The translations under genes and the position numbers were made by a program. Below are positions 62,366 to 64,000 of a DNA stretch of 64,000 nt, piece by piece. Under the pieces are notes generated by a model, which saw only the letters and a program-made list of their open reading frames with translations, did no database searches and was not told the DNA's origin. Position 1 is the stretch's first letter, and every line of letters begins with the position of its first letter. This stretch comes from Squalus acanthias (Eukaryota). The stretch covers positions 134,852,001-134,916,000 of the forward strand of contig CM059432.1 in assembly GCA_030390025.1 (NCBI GenBank). The letters are read 5' to 3'.

Positions 62366-63434
62366 AATGATGCAAAGACCATTTAACACCCCTTCCCTGT
62401 TAAAATCAGGAGTTTGTATTGTCTTTAATAGAGTACAGGGCAGCTGATGAAACATAAGAAAGGCATGAAGTTACAGTACCGTCACTAGTAATGGTGGTGG
62501 TAAGAGCGGGCTGTTAAAATTTGATCCTCGGTTTGAACATGGATAAACAGCATTCCTCAGGGCATTAACAATATTCAGCAGCAGTGTGATGTATTAGTAT
62601 CTTGTCTGAAGTGTATATAAAGAGCTGCACCTTCCATGAAGGGACTACCTAAAGCTACTATTTCCAATAAGAGTGTTACTGTCATATGTTGGGTCGAAAG
62701 AACATCAAGAACTCCCAAGTAATGTTGAATAGAAAAACATAATGGGAGATGAAGATGTATCTGAACATCACAATCATTATTGCTTGGTTAGATCGACCCA
62801 ATCCATTCTTCCATTCAGTTTGACTTTACCTGCCTTTATTATTGCATCTGAATTTGTTTTACAAACTTCAAGAAGATACATTCATCAAGACAAAATTAAG
62901 GATCTATTTATTATATTAAAAGTTTTACATCTGCACAGATTTCCAGTCTAAAACACGTATTTCCTGTTGTCACATTTTTGTCACACTTTTTTGTTAATTT
63001 TCCTCTGTTACGACTTCCTATGTTCATATTTATAATTGTACCTCTGCTGTAAACCTATCACACTGTAATTACACAGTCCCGCCAGTGATGGCACTGTAGC
63101 ACCTCAATTTGGCATCTCACAGCGTCTCAGCCTGTACTGCAAAGAAACTCCTATGCTCCAACCAATTCTACTTCTCTGCTTGCCATTTTGCTGCAAGTTT
63201 TGCTATTCAACTGTAAATAATATAAAATATTACATAAAAAGTGTGTGTAACAACTTATAACAAGGACTGACCCTGCTCTAACCTCACTTGACCTGACGAG
63301 TTCACTCCCCATTTGCAACACCATGCAAAATTGACTAAGATATTAAAATATGAGACCAGTTATTTTTAACTTTGACAAAGCTATGTTTTAACAATCATTT
63401 ATCTGTGTGTTTGTACATTTTATAACAGAGATAC

Positions 63435-63790
63435 AACATCAACAGCAACAACTTGTATTTATATAGTGCCTTTAACGTAGTAAAATGTTCCAAGGCGCTT
63501 CACAGGAGTATTATCAAACAGAATTTGACACCGAGCCACATAATGAGATATTAGGACATGTGACCAAAAGCTTGGTCAAAGAGGTAGGTTTTAAGGTGCG
63601 TCTTAAAGGAGGAGAGGGGGGTTGAGAGACGGAGAGGTTGGGGGAAATTCCAGAGCTTAGGGCCTAAACAGCTGAATGCACGGCCGCCAATGTTGAAACG
63701 AAGAAAATCGGGGATGCACAAGAGGTCAGAACTGGAGGAGCGCATAGATCTTGGAGGGTTGTAGGGCTGGAGGAGGTTACAGAGACAGGG
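63435..63790 (-). mobile_element. L2 3' end
   Basis: Colinear with the 3' end of 61185-62365. Confidence 0.87.
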
Positions 63791-64000
63791 TTAATATACC
63801 GGCATGGAGTTTCCTCCACATTTGCAGCCAGATACACAGGTAATCTGGGCGCAAACAAATTACGTGACTCAAGAGATTGCGGAATTTTGGGCATAAGTGA
63901 GTTACGCGTGTAAGTACAATACACCCAGGTCTCCTCAATCTTTTATGTTCGTCTATCAAGCCCTCAGTCCAAATGAATCTCCAACCACAAAACCGACCTC

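Noticed and set aside
59100..64000. 3' end of NFATC1, the upstream neighbour of CTDP1 in human
   Set aside because: I found no recognisable NFATC1 exon; synteny alone is not evidence.

Overview
Eukaryotic, repeat-rich genomic DNA, almost certainly from a cartilaginous fish (shark-type CR1/HER1, L2 and RTE LINEs, Deu-domain SINEs, an HE1-like V-SINE). One host gene is supported: CTDP1 (FCP1, RNA Pol II CTD phosphatase) on the minus strand. Coding exons 1-4 (35926-35577, 11695-11612, 5718-5625, 4220-4092) join in frame through GT-AG sites and include the DLDQT (DxDxT) catalytic motif; the gene continues beyond position 1. A CpG-island promoter and an intronic ~105-bp VNTR flank exon 1. The rest is nested transposon debris with a dense PIF/Harbinger component: three transposase relics, four Myb/SANT partner relics and about seven TIR-bounded non-autonomous elements. 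The most unusual observation is a ~740-bp Harbinger-type MITE family carrying a hairpin array, promoter motifs and a splice donor, in which one hairpin is inverted between two copies. Several repeat-derived hairpins also appear to have been perfected by template switching. I cannot claim a proven new system. Family names come from recognition, not database searches, and many repeat boundaries are approximate.
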